Assembly: GCA_963772835.1 (NCBI GenBank)
Contig: CAVYYZ010000003.1
Location: forward strand, 128,001-192,000
DNA: 64,000 bases
Source of the DNA: an uncultured delta proteobacterium
GTDB lineage: Bacteria; Desulfobacterota; Desulfuromonadia; Geobacterales; Pseudopelobacteraceae
Reading direction: 5' to 3'
The notes below the pieces were generated by a model. That model searched no databases, was not told the origin of the DNA, and saw nothing but the letters and a program-made list of their open reading frames with translations. Position 1 is the first letter of the stretch; each line of letters opens with the position of its first letter. The translations under genes were made by a program, and so were the position numbers. Shown here piece by piece: positions 53,994-63,610 of this stretch.

Positions 53994-54920
53994 ATGATTA
54001 ATGCCCTGACCATAGATATTGAAGATTATTTTCACGTGACCGCCTTTGAACGGCAGATCAACCCTGATCAGTGGGATACCTATCCGCTCCGGGTAGAGGG
54101 CAACACCATGCGGATTCTCGATTTGCTCGATGAATTTCAAGTGAGTGCCACTTTTTTCGTACTTGGCTGGGTTGCCGATCGACTTCCATCTCTTGTGAAA
54201 GAGATTCATCGCCGGGGGCATGAAATAGCCTGCCACGGCTATGCACATCAACTTGTATATCGTCTCACCCCTGACGAGTTCCGTAAGGATGTATCAACAG
54301 CTAAAAAGATTCTGGAGAATATCTGCGGTGAACCGGTGAACGGCTATCGTGCTCCCAGCTATTCAATTATTACAAAATCACTCTGGGCGCTGGATATTCT
54401 TATTGAAGAGGGATTTACCTACGACTCCAGTATTTTTCCGATTTTGCATGACATCTATGGCATTCCGGGCGGGAAACGATTCCCTCATGAAATATCAACT
54501 CATTCCGGGAATATACAGGAATTCCCCATATCGACAATGTGTCTCAAGTTGGGAGGTTGGCAGACTCATGTGCCAATTGCCGGTGGTGGCTATCTGCGGC
54601 TCATCCCGGCTCCGCTGGTCGGTCGAGCTCTGCAATTCATCAATAACAGCGAAAATAAGCCGGTAATTGTCTATTTTCATCCGTGGGAGATTGATCCTGG
54701 CCAACCGCATATCCGGGCCGGTCTGAAATCCACGTTCCGGCATTATCTTAATCTTGAACGCATGGAACTGAAAGTTCGTTATTTATTGGAAAACTTCCGT
54801 TTTTCATCAGCACACGATGTATTGAACAGGTGCAAACCGGATTCGCCCGATATTGCGGCACCGGGCGCTCGGTATGTTCCACATCAGGTCTTATGCAATA
54901 CATCTCTGCAGCAGCAGTAA
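53994..54920 (+). CDS. XrtA-system polysaccharide deacetylase
   Basis: NALTIDIEDYFHV, ATFFVLGWVA, HEIACHG, GYRAPSYSI, YFHPWEIDP. Confidence 0.92.
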   Translation: MINALTIDIEDYFHVTAFERQINPDQWDTYPLRVEGNTMRILDLLDEFQVSATFFVLGWVADRLPSLVKEIHRRGHEIACHGYAHQLVYRLTPDEFRKDVSTAKKILENICGEPVNGYRAPSYSIITKSLWALDILIEEGFTYDSSIFPILHDIYGIPGGKRFPHEISTHSGNIQEFPISTMCLKLGGWQTHVPIAGGGYLRLIPAPLVGRALQFINNSENKPVIVYFHPWEIDPGQPHIRAGLKSTFRHYLNLERMELKVRYLLENFRFSSAHDVLNRCKPDSPDIAAPGARYVPHQVLCNTSLQQQ

Positions 54921-54971
54921 TCTGTTTTCACCGGAGTAACCCGTGTTACTGCGTGAGACGAGGAGCAGGGT

Positions 54972-55820
54972 ATGGAGTCAGCAGCTGGAGCAGTCTTGAC
55001 AAAAACATTTAAAGTAATTGAACCCAGAAAAGGTTTGTTCCAGCTTGACCTGGATAGTGTCTGGCACTATCGGGAACTATTGTACTTTCTGGTCTGGCGT
55101 GATGTGCTGACCCGCTATAAGCAGACGGTGATCGGTGCGGCGTGGGTCATACTGCAGCCTCTGATCACTATGTTATTGTTTACGCTGATATTCAGCAGAT
55201 TAGCCAAAATGCCTTCAGACGGGATACCGTATCCTGTGTTTGCATATACCGCACTGCTTCCCTGGTCGTATTTTGCACAGGCGCTGGCACGGACATCAAA
55301 CAGCGTGGTCGGCAGTTCCAATCTCGTGACAAAAATATATTTCCCCCGCTTATTGATCCCGATTGCCGCTTCAATAGCTCCCGTCGTCGATTTGATTTTC
55401 TCCTTCCTGGTGCTTCTGGTTCTGATGGTCTGGTTCAAAATAGTCCCCACCTGGGGATTGCTGTCTCTGCCGTTGTTTCTGGGGCTTGCAGTAATTACAG
55501 CCCTGGCCGTGGGGCTCTGGTCATCAGCATTGAACGTAAAATATCGTGATGTGGGTAGTATTGTTCCCTTTGTAGCCCAGATATGGATGTATGCATCACC
55601 GGTGGTATACCCGGTAAGTATGGTGCCGGAACAATGGAGACTGCTCTACAGTCTGAATCCGATGGTAGGTGTGATCGAAGGGTTCCGCTGGGCTCTTTTA
55701 GGGACTGAAACTCCGGACTTTGCGAGCATGGCGGCAAGCGCTTTCGTTGTAACGGTTCTGTTTGCAGGTGGAATAGTGTACTTCAAAAAAATGGAGCAGT
55801 CATTTGCCGACGTGATTTGA
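54972..55820 (+). CDS. wzm: ABC-2 polysaccharide transporter permease
   Basis: RYKQTVIG..W..LQP, YRDV, LNPM..IEGFR, FADVI. Confidence 0.92.
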   Translation: MESAAGAVLTKTFKVIEPRKGLFQLDLDSVWHYRELLYFLVWRDVLTRYKQTVIGAAWVILQPLITMLLFTLIFSRLAKMPSDGIPYPVFAYTALLPWSYFAQALARTSNSVVGSSNLVTKIYFPRLLIPIAASIAPVVDLIFSFLVLLVLMVWFKIVPTWGLLSLPLFLGLAVITALAVGLWSSALNVKYRDVGSIVPFVAQIWMYASPVVYPVSMVPEQWRLLYSLNPMVGVIEGFRWALLGTETPDFASMAASAFVVTVLFAGGIVYFKKMEQSFADVI

Positions 55821-55833
55821 CCGGGAGCCCTGT

Positions 55834-57117
55834 ATGAGTGCGATAGCCATTCGAGTAGAAAACCTGTCCAAGGATTACATAGTGCCGGCATTGAAACAAC
55901 GTCACGACACTCTCGTTGATCAGCTTGCGTACGGCCTCAAATCGGTGTTTCGTCATAACGGAGAGAGTGGCCGGAGCGATAAGACCTTCAGGGCATTGAC
56001 GGATATTTCCTTTGAAATCAGAGAAGGTGAAATCGTCGGCATCATCGGCCATAACGGAGCCGGGAAAAGCACGCTGCTGAAGATACTCTCCCAGATCACA
56101 CAGCCGACAAAGGGGAGGGCAGAAATCCACGGCAGAGTCGGCTCACTCCTTGAAGTGGGTACCGGTTTTCACCCGGAGCTCACCGGCCGGGAAAATATTT
56201 ATCTCAACGGCGCAATCATAGGCATGACAAAAGTTGAAATTAACCGCCATTTTGATGCAATCGTCAATTTTGCCGAAGTCGAACAGTTCATCGATATGCC
56301 GGTAAAACGTTACTCAAGCGGTATGTACGTTCGACTGGCTTTTGCCGTTTCAGCACATTTAAAGCCCGATGTTCTTATGATTGATGAAGTCCTTTCAGTC
56401 GGTGACCTGCAATTTCAGAGAAAGTGCATGGCATACGCCGAAGAATTGCGGAAAAACAATTCAACCATACTTTTCGTTTCTCATAACATGTTTGCAGTAA
56501 AATCGATGTGCAACAGAGTCATCTTTTTATCAGAGGGCATGATTCAATTTGATGGTTCACCCGCCGATGCCATTCAATTGTATGAAGGTGAAAACAGGAC
56601 AAGTGCATTGCCATGGGCACAAAATGCGATAGGTACCGATCCCTCTCAGTGGGACGTGTTTGTGGAACATGTTGAAACGATCGATGAGGACGGTATTCAG
56701 CGGAATCTCTTCAATTATGGCGAAAGGATGCGGATCCGGCTTAATTACACCGTTCGCAGAACAATATTGAATCCAAATTTCCTCATTTCCTTTATCCGCT
56801 CTGATGAGGTTGCATGCTGTAATTACAATACTGCTATGGATGGCTTCACCGTCCCTTCGCTGGAGGTCGACGGCTCAATCGAACTATTAACTCCGCCTCT
56901 CAACCTGGTCTCAGAATCATACAGCATCATCGTGCTGGTCAGGGATGCAAAATTTGAACATCTCTATTGCGCTCAAGTCGGGAAAACGTTTCATGTCCGG
57001 CACGAACTGCTGAATACCCATTTTGGTGTTTTTCATGAACCGGGGGAATGGTCGTTTCGTAACGAACATGTTGATCAAAAATATGCAATTTCACAGGGGG
57101 TATTCTGCCATGATTAA
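55834..57117 (+). CDS. wzt: ABC polysaccharide transporter ATPase with C-terminal domain
   Basis: GHNGAGKST, GFHPELTGRENI, YSSGM..RLAFA, DEVLSVGD. Confidence 0.92.
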   Translation: MSAIAIRVENLSKDYIVPALKQRHDTLVDQLAYGLKSVFRHNGESGRSDKTFRALTDISFEIREGEIVGIIGHNGAGKSTLLKILSQITQPTKGRAEIHGRVGSLLEVGTGFHPELTGRENIYLNGAIIGMTKVEINRHFDAIVNFAEVEQFIDMPVKRYSSGMYVRLAFAVSAHLKPDVLMIDEVLSVGDLQFQRKCMAYAEELRKNNSTILFVSHNMFAVKSMCNRVIFLSEGMIQFDGSPADAIQLYEGENRTSALPWAQNAIGTDPSQWDVFVEHVETIDEDGIQRNLFNYGERMRIRLNYTVRRTILNPNFLISFIRSDEVACCNYNTAMDGFTVPSLEVDGSIELLTPPLNLVSESYSIIVLVRDAKFEHLYCAQVGKTFHVRHELLNTHFGVFHEPGEWSFRNEHVDQKYAISQGVFCHD

Positions 57118-58114
57118 AATTGCTGTTGCCGGCTACGGGTATTGGGGGCCGAATCTTGTCCGCAATATTCAGGATTCGAAGGATGCGTGTGTTGTGTCCT
57201 GTTGTGATACAAGTGAAGAACGGCTCGCCCAGGTAAGGGGGAAATATCCCTCGATCGAGACGACGACTGATTATAACGACCTTTTAAACGATCCGGCAGT
57301 GAGTGCGATTGTCATAGCAACGCCGGTTGCCACCCACTACGACTTTGCCCGCAAGGCGATGGAACATGGCAAGCACGTGCTCCTCGAAAAACCGGCCACT
57401 ACGTCAGTGGCGGAAGCCGAAAAACTTCTGGACCTCGCTGAAAAACACCGGATCACCTACATGGTCGACCATACGTTTATCTATACAGGCGCAGTACGTA
57501 AAATGAAGGAAATTGTGGATCATGGTGATCTGGGTGACCTCTATTACTTCGATTCGGTCCGCATCAATCTCGGCCTGTTCCAACGTGACGTGAATGTCCT
57601 GTGGGATCTGGCCCCCCATGACATTGCCATTATGGAACATCTCGTCAAGGAAAGGCCCGCAAGCGTTTGTGCCACCGGTGCATGCCACGTCGGCAACGGT
57701 CACGAGAACGTGGCGTACCTGACGGTGTACTTCCCCAGCGGAATGATCGGCCATTTCCACAACAACTGGCTCTCGCCGGTCAAGGTGCGCACAATGCTGG
57801 TCGGCGGCAGCAAAAAAACGATTCATTACGATGACATGGAGGTAAGCGAGAAAATAAAGATATATGACCGTGGCGTCGATATCACCACGCCGGAAGGGGT
57901 GCGGGACGTCAGGGTCTCCTACCGGATGGGCGATATGTGGGCGCCCCGGCTGGACCAGGCCGAGGCACTCAGTCGCATGATCGGCGAATTCACGGGATGC
58001 ATACAAACGGGACGTACGCCCATGACTGACGGGAACAGCGGTCTGAACGTCGTGAAAATACTGGAAGCATCTGAAATGTCAATCAAGCATCGGGGAAAGG
58101 AGATTAAATTATGA
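57110..58114 (+). CDS. Gfo/Idh/MocA oxidoreductase (WbpB/WlbA-like sugar 3-dehydrogenase)
   Basis: GYGYWGPNL, HVLLEKP, WDLAPHD. Confidence 0.88.
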   Translation: MIKIAVAGYGYWGPNLVRNIQDSKDACVVSCCDTSEERLAQVRGKYPSIETTTDYNDLLNDPAVSAIVIATPVATHYDFARKAMEHGKHVLLEKPATTSVAEAEKLLDLAEKHRITYMVDHTFIYTGAVRKMKEIVDHGDLGDLYYFDSVRINLGLFQRDVNVLWDLAPHDIAIMEHLVKERPASVCATGACHVGNGHENVAYLTVYFPSGMIGHFHNNWLSPVKVRTMLVGGSKKTIHYDDMEVSEKIKIYDRGVDITTPEGVRDVRVSYRMGDMWAPRLDQAEALSRMIGEFTGCIQTGRTPMTDGNSGLNVVKILEASEMSIKHRGKEIKL

Positions 58115-59799
58115 GTGACAATCCCAAACAGAGCATCAGGAACGTAAAGCTTGGTGAAAATACAAGAATAGCCGACTTTGTAAACCTTTACGGCTGCGAA
58201 ATCGGTGACAACTCGAGAATCGGCGCTTTTGTGGAGATCCAGAAAAATGCCTCGATCGGTAGGAATGTCAAGGTTTCAAGTCATACGTTTATCTGTGAAG
58301 GTGTCACCATTGAGGATGATGTGTTCGTCGGGCACAATGTCTCCTTCATTAACGACAAGTATCCGCGTGCGACCGCCAACGGACAACCGCAGACCGAGGC
58401 TGACTGGGAGTGCGTTCCGACCCTGATCAAAAAAGGAGCTTCAATCGGTACGAGTTCGACGATTCTGTGCGGTGTTACCGTTGGTGAAAATGCCATTGTC
58501 GGCGCAGGTAGTGTCGTGACGAAGGATGTACCGGCACACGTTGTTGTCGCAGGGATTCCGGCTCATTTTGTACGTGCAATTGAAAATGAGAGTGTGGTCA
58601 AGGAGGTTGGGGCAAAGCCGGTTCCGTTTCTTGACTTGAAAGCGCAGTATACATCAATCAAAGCGGAGATCCAGCCGGCGGTCAACCGGGTTTTGGATAA
58701 CTGCTCGTATATACTTGGGGAAGAAGTCGCAGCCTTTGAACGGGATTTCTCTGCCTATCAGAATGCCGGATTCGGGATCGCAGTCAATACCGGTACCAGC
58801 GCACTCCACCTTGCACTGCTTGCGGCCGGTATCGGCCCGGGCGATGAGGTGATAACGGTTCCCTTCACCTTTGTTGCTACTGTTGCGGCCATTGTCTACA
58901 CCGGTGCCCGGCCCGTTTTTGTCGATATTGATCCGAAGTCGCTGACGATGGATGTCAGTCGCATCGAAAAAGCCATTACGCCCCGTACAAAAGCGATTCT
59001 GCCGGTTCACATTCATGGCCAGTCGGCCGATATGGACCCAATTTTGGAGATCGCCAGACGTCGTGGGCTGATTGTCATCGAGGATGCCTGCCAGGCGCAT
59101 GGTGCCGAATACAAGGGACGTCGGGTCGGAAGTATCGGTGATATGGGCTGCTTCAGTTTTTATCCCGGCAAAAACCTCGGAGCGTACGGCGAGGGCGGGA
59201 TGGTGGTGACGAACGACCAGAAGTATGAACATACAATTCGTATGTTGCGAGATTGGGGTGCGGAAAGTAAATATTGGCACATTCTGAAGGGATATAATTA
59301 TCGTATGGAAGGCATGCAGGGAGCAATCCTTCGCGTCAAGCTTCGTCACCTGGAAGAGTGGACCGAAGCACGCCGAAGCCATGCAAACCGGTATCACGGG
59401 CTCTTGGCAGATTCCGGTGCCACGTTGCCGTGCGAGATGCCCTATAACCGCCATGTGTACCATATCTACGCCATCCGGGTGCCGGAACGGGATACCTTTC
59501 AGAAAGCATTAGCGGCACATGGCGTTCAGAGCGGCATCCACTATCCGATACCGGTTCACCTTCAACCGGCATATGCAGATCTCGGGTACACGGTGGGGGA
59601 TTTCCCACACACTGAAGCGGCTTCCCTGGAAGTTCTTTCACTGCCGATGTTTGCGGAATTAACCAATGATCAGCAGAATATCGTGTCAAAGGCTGTGCAA
59701 GATGTATTCAGGGAAATATCTCCGCCACTTTCAGAAACTCTGTCGATTACTATCCGTGAGGAAGAACAGTACACGGTTGATTCGGAAGGTGTCGCTTGA
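58111..59799 (+). CDS. Fused hexapeptide N-acetyltransferase and DegT aminotransferase (WbpD-WbpE-like)
   Basis: N-terminal left-handed beta-helix (FINDKYPRAT), then PFLDLKAQY, EDACQAHG, SFYPGKNLG. Confidence 0.9.
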   Translation: MSDNPKQSIRNVKLGENTRIADFVNLYGCEIGDNSRIGAFVEIQKNASIGRNVKVSSHTFICEGVTIEDDVFVGHNVSFINDKYPRATANGQPQTEADWECVPTLIKKGASIGTSSTILCGVTVGENAIVGAGSVVTKDVPAHVVVAGIPAHFVRAIENESVVKEVGAKPVPFLDLKAQYTSIKAEIQPAVNRVLDNCSYILGEEVAAFERDFSAYQNAGFGIAVNTGTSALHLALLAAGIGPGDEVITVPFTFVATVAAIVYTGARPVFVDIDPKSLTMDVSRIEKAITPRTKAILPVHIHGQSADMDPILEIARRRGLIVIEDACQAHGAEYKGRRVGSIGDMGCFSFYPGKNLGAYGEGGMVVTNDQKYEHTIRMLRDWGAESKYWHILKGYNYRMEGMQGAILRVKLRHLEEWTEARRSHANRYHGLLADSGATLPCEMPYNRHVYHIYAIRVPERDTFQKALAAHGVQSGIHYPIPVHLQPAYADLGYTVGDFPHTEAASLEVLSLPMFAELTNDQQNIVSKAVQDVFREISPPLSETLSITIREEEQYTVDSEGVA

Positions 59800-59829
59800 C
59801 ACGTAAAGAGAAGATATGAGGTCCACATC

Positions 59830-60816
59830 ATGAAGATACGGGGAAATAAATTCCTGATTACCGGCGGTGCCGGACTGATGGGTTCCCACATTGCCGACAG
59901 GCTGTTGGCCGGTGGGGCATCAAAGATAATTCTGCTCGATAATTTCGTGCGCGGCAGTATGCACAACATCGACGAGCAATTGAAAGATCCCCGTGTGCAG
60001 CTGGTGAGGGGAGATATCCGTAATCCGGAACTGCTCATGGAACTGGCCGATAGCATGGACGGTGTCTTTCATATGGCAGCGATACGAATAACGGCCTGTG
60101 CGGACAATCCCCGCGAAGCAATGGAAGTCATGATGATGGGGACACATAACGTGCTCCAGGCTGTGGTAGAGCAGAAAGTCGGCAGATTGCTGTATGCTTC
60201 ATCAGCGTCTGTTTACGGGCTGGCAGACATATTTCCCACCACTGAAAAACACCATCCGTACAATAACCGGACCTATTACGGAGCGGCGAAGGTAGCGGGG
60301 GAGGGTATGGTCCGCTCATTTGCCGAGATGTACGGGCTTCAGTATGCGGCCATGAGATATTTCAATGTGTACGGGCCCCGAATGGACATTGACGGTAAGT
60401 ACACGGAAGTTCTTGTCCGGTGGCTCGACCGGATTGAGGCGGGTCAGACACCCCTTATTTTCGGTGATGGTTTGCAAACAATGGATATGGTCTACATAGA
60501 TGATGTCATCGATGCCAATATCCTGGCAATGGAATCGGATGTAACCGATGAGGTGTTCAATGTTGCAAGTGGGGTCGAGACCAGTCTTTTGGGACTGCTC
60601 CAGACGCTGCTCAGGGTTACTGAGTCAACTCTTAAACCGGAATTCATGCCTGAGAGGACGGTCAATCCGGTCCCGAGGCGTCTTGCTGACACGAGAAAAG
60701 CTGCAAGTCAACTCGGCTTTAAAGCCAAAGTAAGTCTGGAAGAGGGATTGCGGCGGCTTATCGTGTGGAGGAGGGACGTTCTTCTCAGGCAGGAAGGTAA
60801 GCCGGTACCTCTGTAA
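59830..60816 (+). CDS. NAD-dependent sugar epimerase/dehydratase
   Basis: ITGGAGLMGSH, YGAAK, RYFNVYGPRM. Confidence 0.9.
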   Translation: MKIRGNKFLITGGAGLMGSHIADRLLAGGASKIILLDNFVRGSMHNIDEQLKDPRVQLVRGDIRNPELLMELADSMDGVFHMAAIRITACADNPREAMEVMMMGTHNVLQAVVEQKVGRLLYASSASVYGLADIFPTTEKHHPYNNRTYYGAAKVAGEGMVRSFAEMYGLQYAAMRYFNVYGPRMDIDGKYTEVLVRWLDRIEAGQTPLIFGDGLQTMDMVYIDDVIDANILAMESDVTDEVFNVASGVETSLLGLLQTLLRVTESTLKPEFMPERTVNPVPRRLADTRKAASQLGFKAKVSLEEGLRRLIVWRRDVLLRQEGKPVPL

Positions 60817-60871
60817 GTGAGGCTAACCAGGTACGGTTAAACCAGAACGGTTAACCAGTGAGGGTAACGCC

Positions 60872-62125
60872 ATGATTCCAATCGCGAAACCGTGTCTCGG
60901 AAAAGAAGAGGTGGAGGCCGCCCGGGATGTCATTCTTTCGGGCTGGTTGACGCAGGGACCGAAGGTCAAACAGTTTGAAGATGACTTTGCCGCCTACACA
61001 GGCGCACCCTTTGCCTGTGCTGTTTCCAGCTGCACGACAGCCCTCCACCTGGCACTTCTGGCCGTCGGCGTACAACCGGGGGATGTGGTTGTCACCGTAA
61101 GTCACTCATTTATCGCAACGGCAAATTCGATACGGTACTGTTGTGCAGAACCGGTCTTTGTTGATATCGACCCGCAGACCTTCAACATGTCTCCCGAATC
61201 GCTCAGAAAGTGTCTGTACGAGGAATGCGAGCAGCAGAATGGCGAACTCTACTATCATGATGTTGCACATCTTGCTGTTGGAGAATCGCCCCTGTGCAAT
61301 TTCAACGAGGTTACGAATCCCGCGACACGATATGCATCGGGACGGGTGGCCGCGATTGTGCCGGTACATCAGATGGGTATGCCATGCGACTTGAATGCCA
61401 TCCTGTCAATTGCAGCAGAGTTCGGTATTCCGGTGGTTGAAGATGCGGCATGTGCGATCGGCAGTGAAATATACAGTGTCTGCGGTTGGCAGAAAATAGG
61501 CAGGCCTCACGGTGACGTCGCCTGTTTTTCGTTTCATCCGCGCAAAATTGTCGCAACCGGTGACGGCGGCATGATAACGACGGGAAATCCCGATTATGAC
61601 AGAAAGTTTCGCCTGCTCAGACAGCACGGCATGTCTATCCCCGATACGGTGCGGCATAGTACCGATACGGTGCTTTTTGAAGAGTATGTGACCACCGGGT
61701 ATAACTACAGGATGACCGACCTTCAGGCTGCCATAGGCATTGAACAGCTTAAGAAGCTGCCCGCTTTTCTGGAGGAGCGGAGAAGAATAGCTGCGATCTA
61801 TCAGGAAAAGCTGAAAGACGTATACTGGCTAGAACTCCCTCAGGAATCATCGATATGCAAAACAAACTGGCAGAGCTATCCGGTGAAAGTCCGATCAGGC
61901 GCACCGATACACCGCGACGAACTTATGCAGCTTCTGCTGGATAACGGGATTTCAACCCGCCGGGGAATTATGAATGCACATCAGGAGTTACCGTATCACT
62001 CGAACGTATCGCTGCAACAATCTGAAAACGCACGAGATAATACAATTTTATTGCCGGTATTCAATGGCATGAAAGAGCGTGACGTCGATGAAGTCGTGAG
62101 AGGAGTGATGGCCCATGTCCCGTAA
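60872..62125 (+). CDS. DegT/DnrJ/EryC1/StrS sugar aminotransferase
   Basis: SGWLTQGP, EDAACAIG, SFHPRKIV.TGDGGM, GYNYRMTD. Confidence 0.9.
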   Translation: MIPIAKPCLGKEEVEAARDVILSGWLTQGPKVKQFEDDFAAYTGAPFACAVSSCTTALHLALLAVGVQPGDVVVTVSHSFIATANSIRYCCAEPVFVDIDPQTFNMSPESLRKCLYEECEQQNGELYYHDVAHLAVGESPLCNFNEVTNPATRYASGRVAAIVPVHQMGMPCDLNAILSIAAEFGIPVVEDAACAIGSEIYSVCGWQKIGRPHGDVACFSFHPRKIVATGDGGMITTGNPDYDRKFRLLRQHGMSIPDTVRHSTDTVLFEEYVTTGYNYRMTDLQAAIGIEQLKKLPAFLEERRRIAAIYQEKLKDVYWLELPQESSICKTNWQSYPVKVRSGAPIHRDELMQLLLDNGISTRRGIMNAHQELPYHSNVSLQQSENARDNTILLPVFNGMKERDVDEVVRGVMAHVP

Positions 62126-62771
62126 ACTTTTATTATTTCCGTTCGGCGGTAACGCGCGTGAAGCTCTCATGTCTGTATTTGCCATAAATGAGAGGTATAA
62201 GGAGTGGGATATTCTGGGTTTTATAGATGACGATCAATCGCGACATGGAAAAGAATGCTGCGGAATTATGGTGTTGGGTGGCAGGGAACTTCTCAGAGAA
62301 ATCCCGGATGTGTTTGTTCTTGCCGTTCCCGGCAGTCCATCGAACTACCGAAGTCGCGCCAAAGTTATCGGGAGTCTTGGTATCGAAGATTCAAGGTTTG
62401 CCACAATCATTCACCCTTCAGCTGGCAGAGCGCTTGATGCAGTAATCGGCTGCAACACGGTCATAATGTCCAATGTGATCATCAGTTGCGGCGTTACCAT
62501 CGGCAGCCATTGTGTCATCCTGCCGAATACAGTTGTTTCACATGACAGTGTTGTCGGTGATTACTGCTGCATTGGATCAAATGTCTCTGTTTCCGGATCT
62601 GTCCACATCGGTGCCAATTGTTATATCGGTTCAGGAACGAAACTGCGCGAGGACATTCACATCGGAGAGGGAACTCTCGTGGGGCTCGGTTCAAATGTGC
62701 TTTCGGATCTTCCGCCAGGAGTTATTGCCGTCGGAAGTCCTGCAAAAGTTATGAGGGAAAGTACTCCTTAA
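62115..62771 (+). CDS. PglD/NeuD-like sugar acetyltransferase
   Basis: GFIDD, ATIIHPSA, VVSHD, hexapeptide repeats, VGSPAK. Confidence 0.88.
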   Translation: MSRKLLLFPFGGNAREALMSVFAINERYKEWDILGFIDDDQSRHGKECCGIMVLGGRELLREIPDVFVLAVPGSPSNYRSRAKVIGSLGIEDSRFATIIHPSAGRALDAVIGCNTVIMSNVIISCGVTIGSHCVILPNTVVSHDSVVGDYCCIGSNVSVSGSVHIGANCYIGSGTKLREDIHIGEGTLVGLGSNVLSDLPPGVIAVGSPAKVMRESTP

Positions 62772-62797
62772 CTCACACTATCTATAGACAGAAAAGT

Positions 62798-62832
62798 GGG
62801 GCGGTTTCGTCGGATTTTGATGGAACCGCCCC
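62798..62832. terminator. Hairpin ending the sugar operon
   Basis: GGGGCGGTTTCGTC/GATGGAACCGCCCC. Confidence 0.6.
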
Positions 62833-62884
62833 GTATTACGTCCATAGCCATAGGAAAAAAAAGGCGTAAAGAATCTCCTGTATA

Positions 62885-62901
62885 TGTCGGAAAACTTGAC
62901 A
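62885..62901 (+). promoter_or_regulatory. PEP-CTERM-box-like enhancer upstream of flp
   Basis: TGTCGGAAAACTTGACA, 63-nt offset from the -24 element. Confidence 0.7.
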
Positions 62902-62963
62902 ATTTCATCGTTAAGCTGAATGTGGAATATTATAAAAGCCTGTAATAACAGAAACATGAGAGT

Positions 62964-62979
62964 TGGCATGCCAATTGCT
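62964..62979 (+). promoter_or_regulatory. Sigma54 promoter of flp
   Basis: Perfect TGGCAT-GCCAA-TTGCT. Confidence 0.85.
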
Positions 62980-63152
62980 AAAATTAAAATATACTCTTCG
63001 ATACAGTTTTTATCGGCTTGGTGCCGTTGGAACCCAGGATTGGAATTCAATATGAAGGGAGGTGGTGCCGGTTGATTGTCAGATATCTGCAAAAAGTGAA
63101 AGATCACTGCTTTGAATCTGCTCACCAGCATCAATATCAAGGAGGTGTAATC

Positions 63153-63341
63153 ATGAAACCGATGACCGAATGGTATATAAAAACACAGTCCATGCTGAAA
63201 GATGAAAAAGGACAGACGATGGTTGAATACGCGCTTCTGCTTGTCTTGATCGCGTTGGTAGTTGCCGCGTTAATACCCGGAGTTACGACCGCAATTGGTA
63301 CTGCATATACAAATATTGCCAATGCATTAACATCTGCATAA
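63153..63341 (+). CDS. flp: Flp family type IVb pilin
   Basis: AAGGAGGT RBS; LKDEKG/QTMVEYALLLVLIA Flp motif. Confidence 0.93.
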   Translation: MKPMTEWYIKTQSMLKDEKGQTMVEYALLLVLIALVVAALIPGVTTAIGTAYTNIANALTSA

Positions 63342-63347
63342 ATAAAT

Positions 63348-63378
63348 CTTTTGGGGAAGGCATTGCCTTCCCCAAAAG
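63348..63378. terminator. Perfect 15-bp inverted repeat between pilin genes
   Basis: CTTTTGGGGAAGGCA-T-TGCCTTCCCCAAAAG. Confidence 0.7.
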
Positions 63379-63418
63379 TCTTACCAGCCTAAAAACCGGC
63401 AACTATAAGGGTGGGTAT

Positions 63419-63610
63419 ATGATTGCTTATCTTACATATTCTTGTCGTCTAACAACAGTATTGAAACTGGATGATGAAAAGGGACAGACTTTGGTAGAGT
63501 ATGCACTCTTGCTGCTGTTGTTGGTGATTATTGTTGCTGTGGTACTCCCAAGCGTTAGTACCGCACTTACCCCCGCTTACACATCAATTTCCGTAGCATT
63601 CTCACCGTAA
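63419..63610 (+). CDS. Second Flp family pilin
   Basis: DDEKG/QTLVEYALLLLLL. Confidence 0.88.
   Translation: MIAYLTYSCRLTTVLKLDDEKGQTLVEYALLLLLLVIIVAVVLPSVSTALTPAYTSISVAFSP

Noticed and set aside
63153..63610. Conductive (e-pilin-like) character of the pilins
   Set aside because: They are Flp/type IVb pilins with few aromatic residues in the mature part
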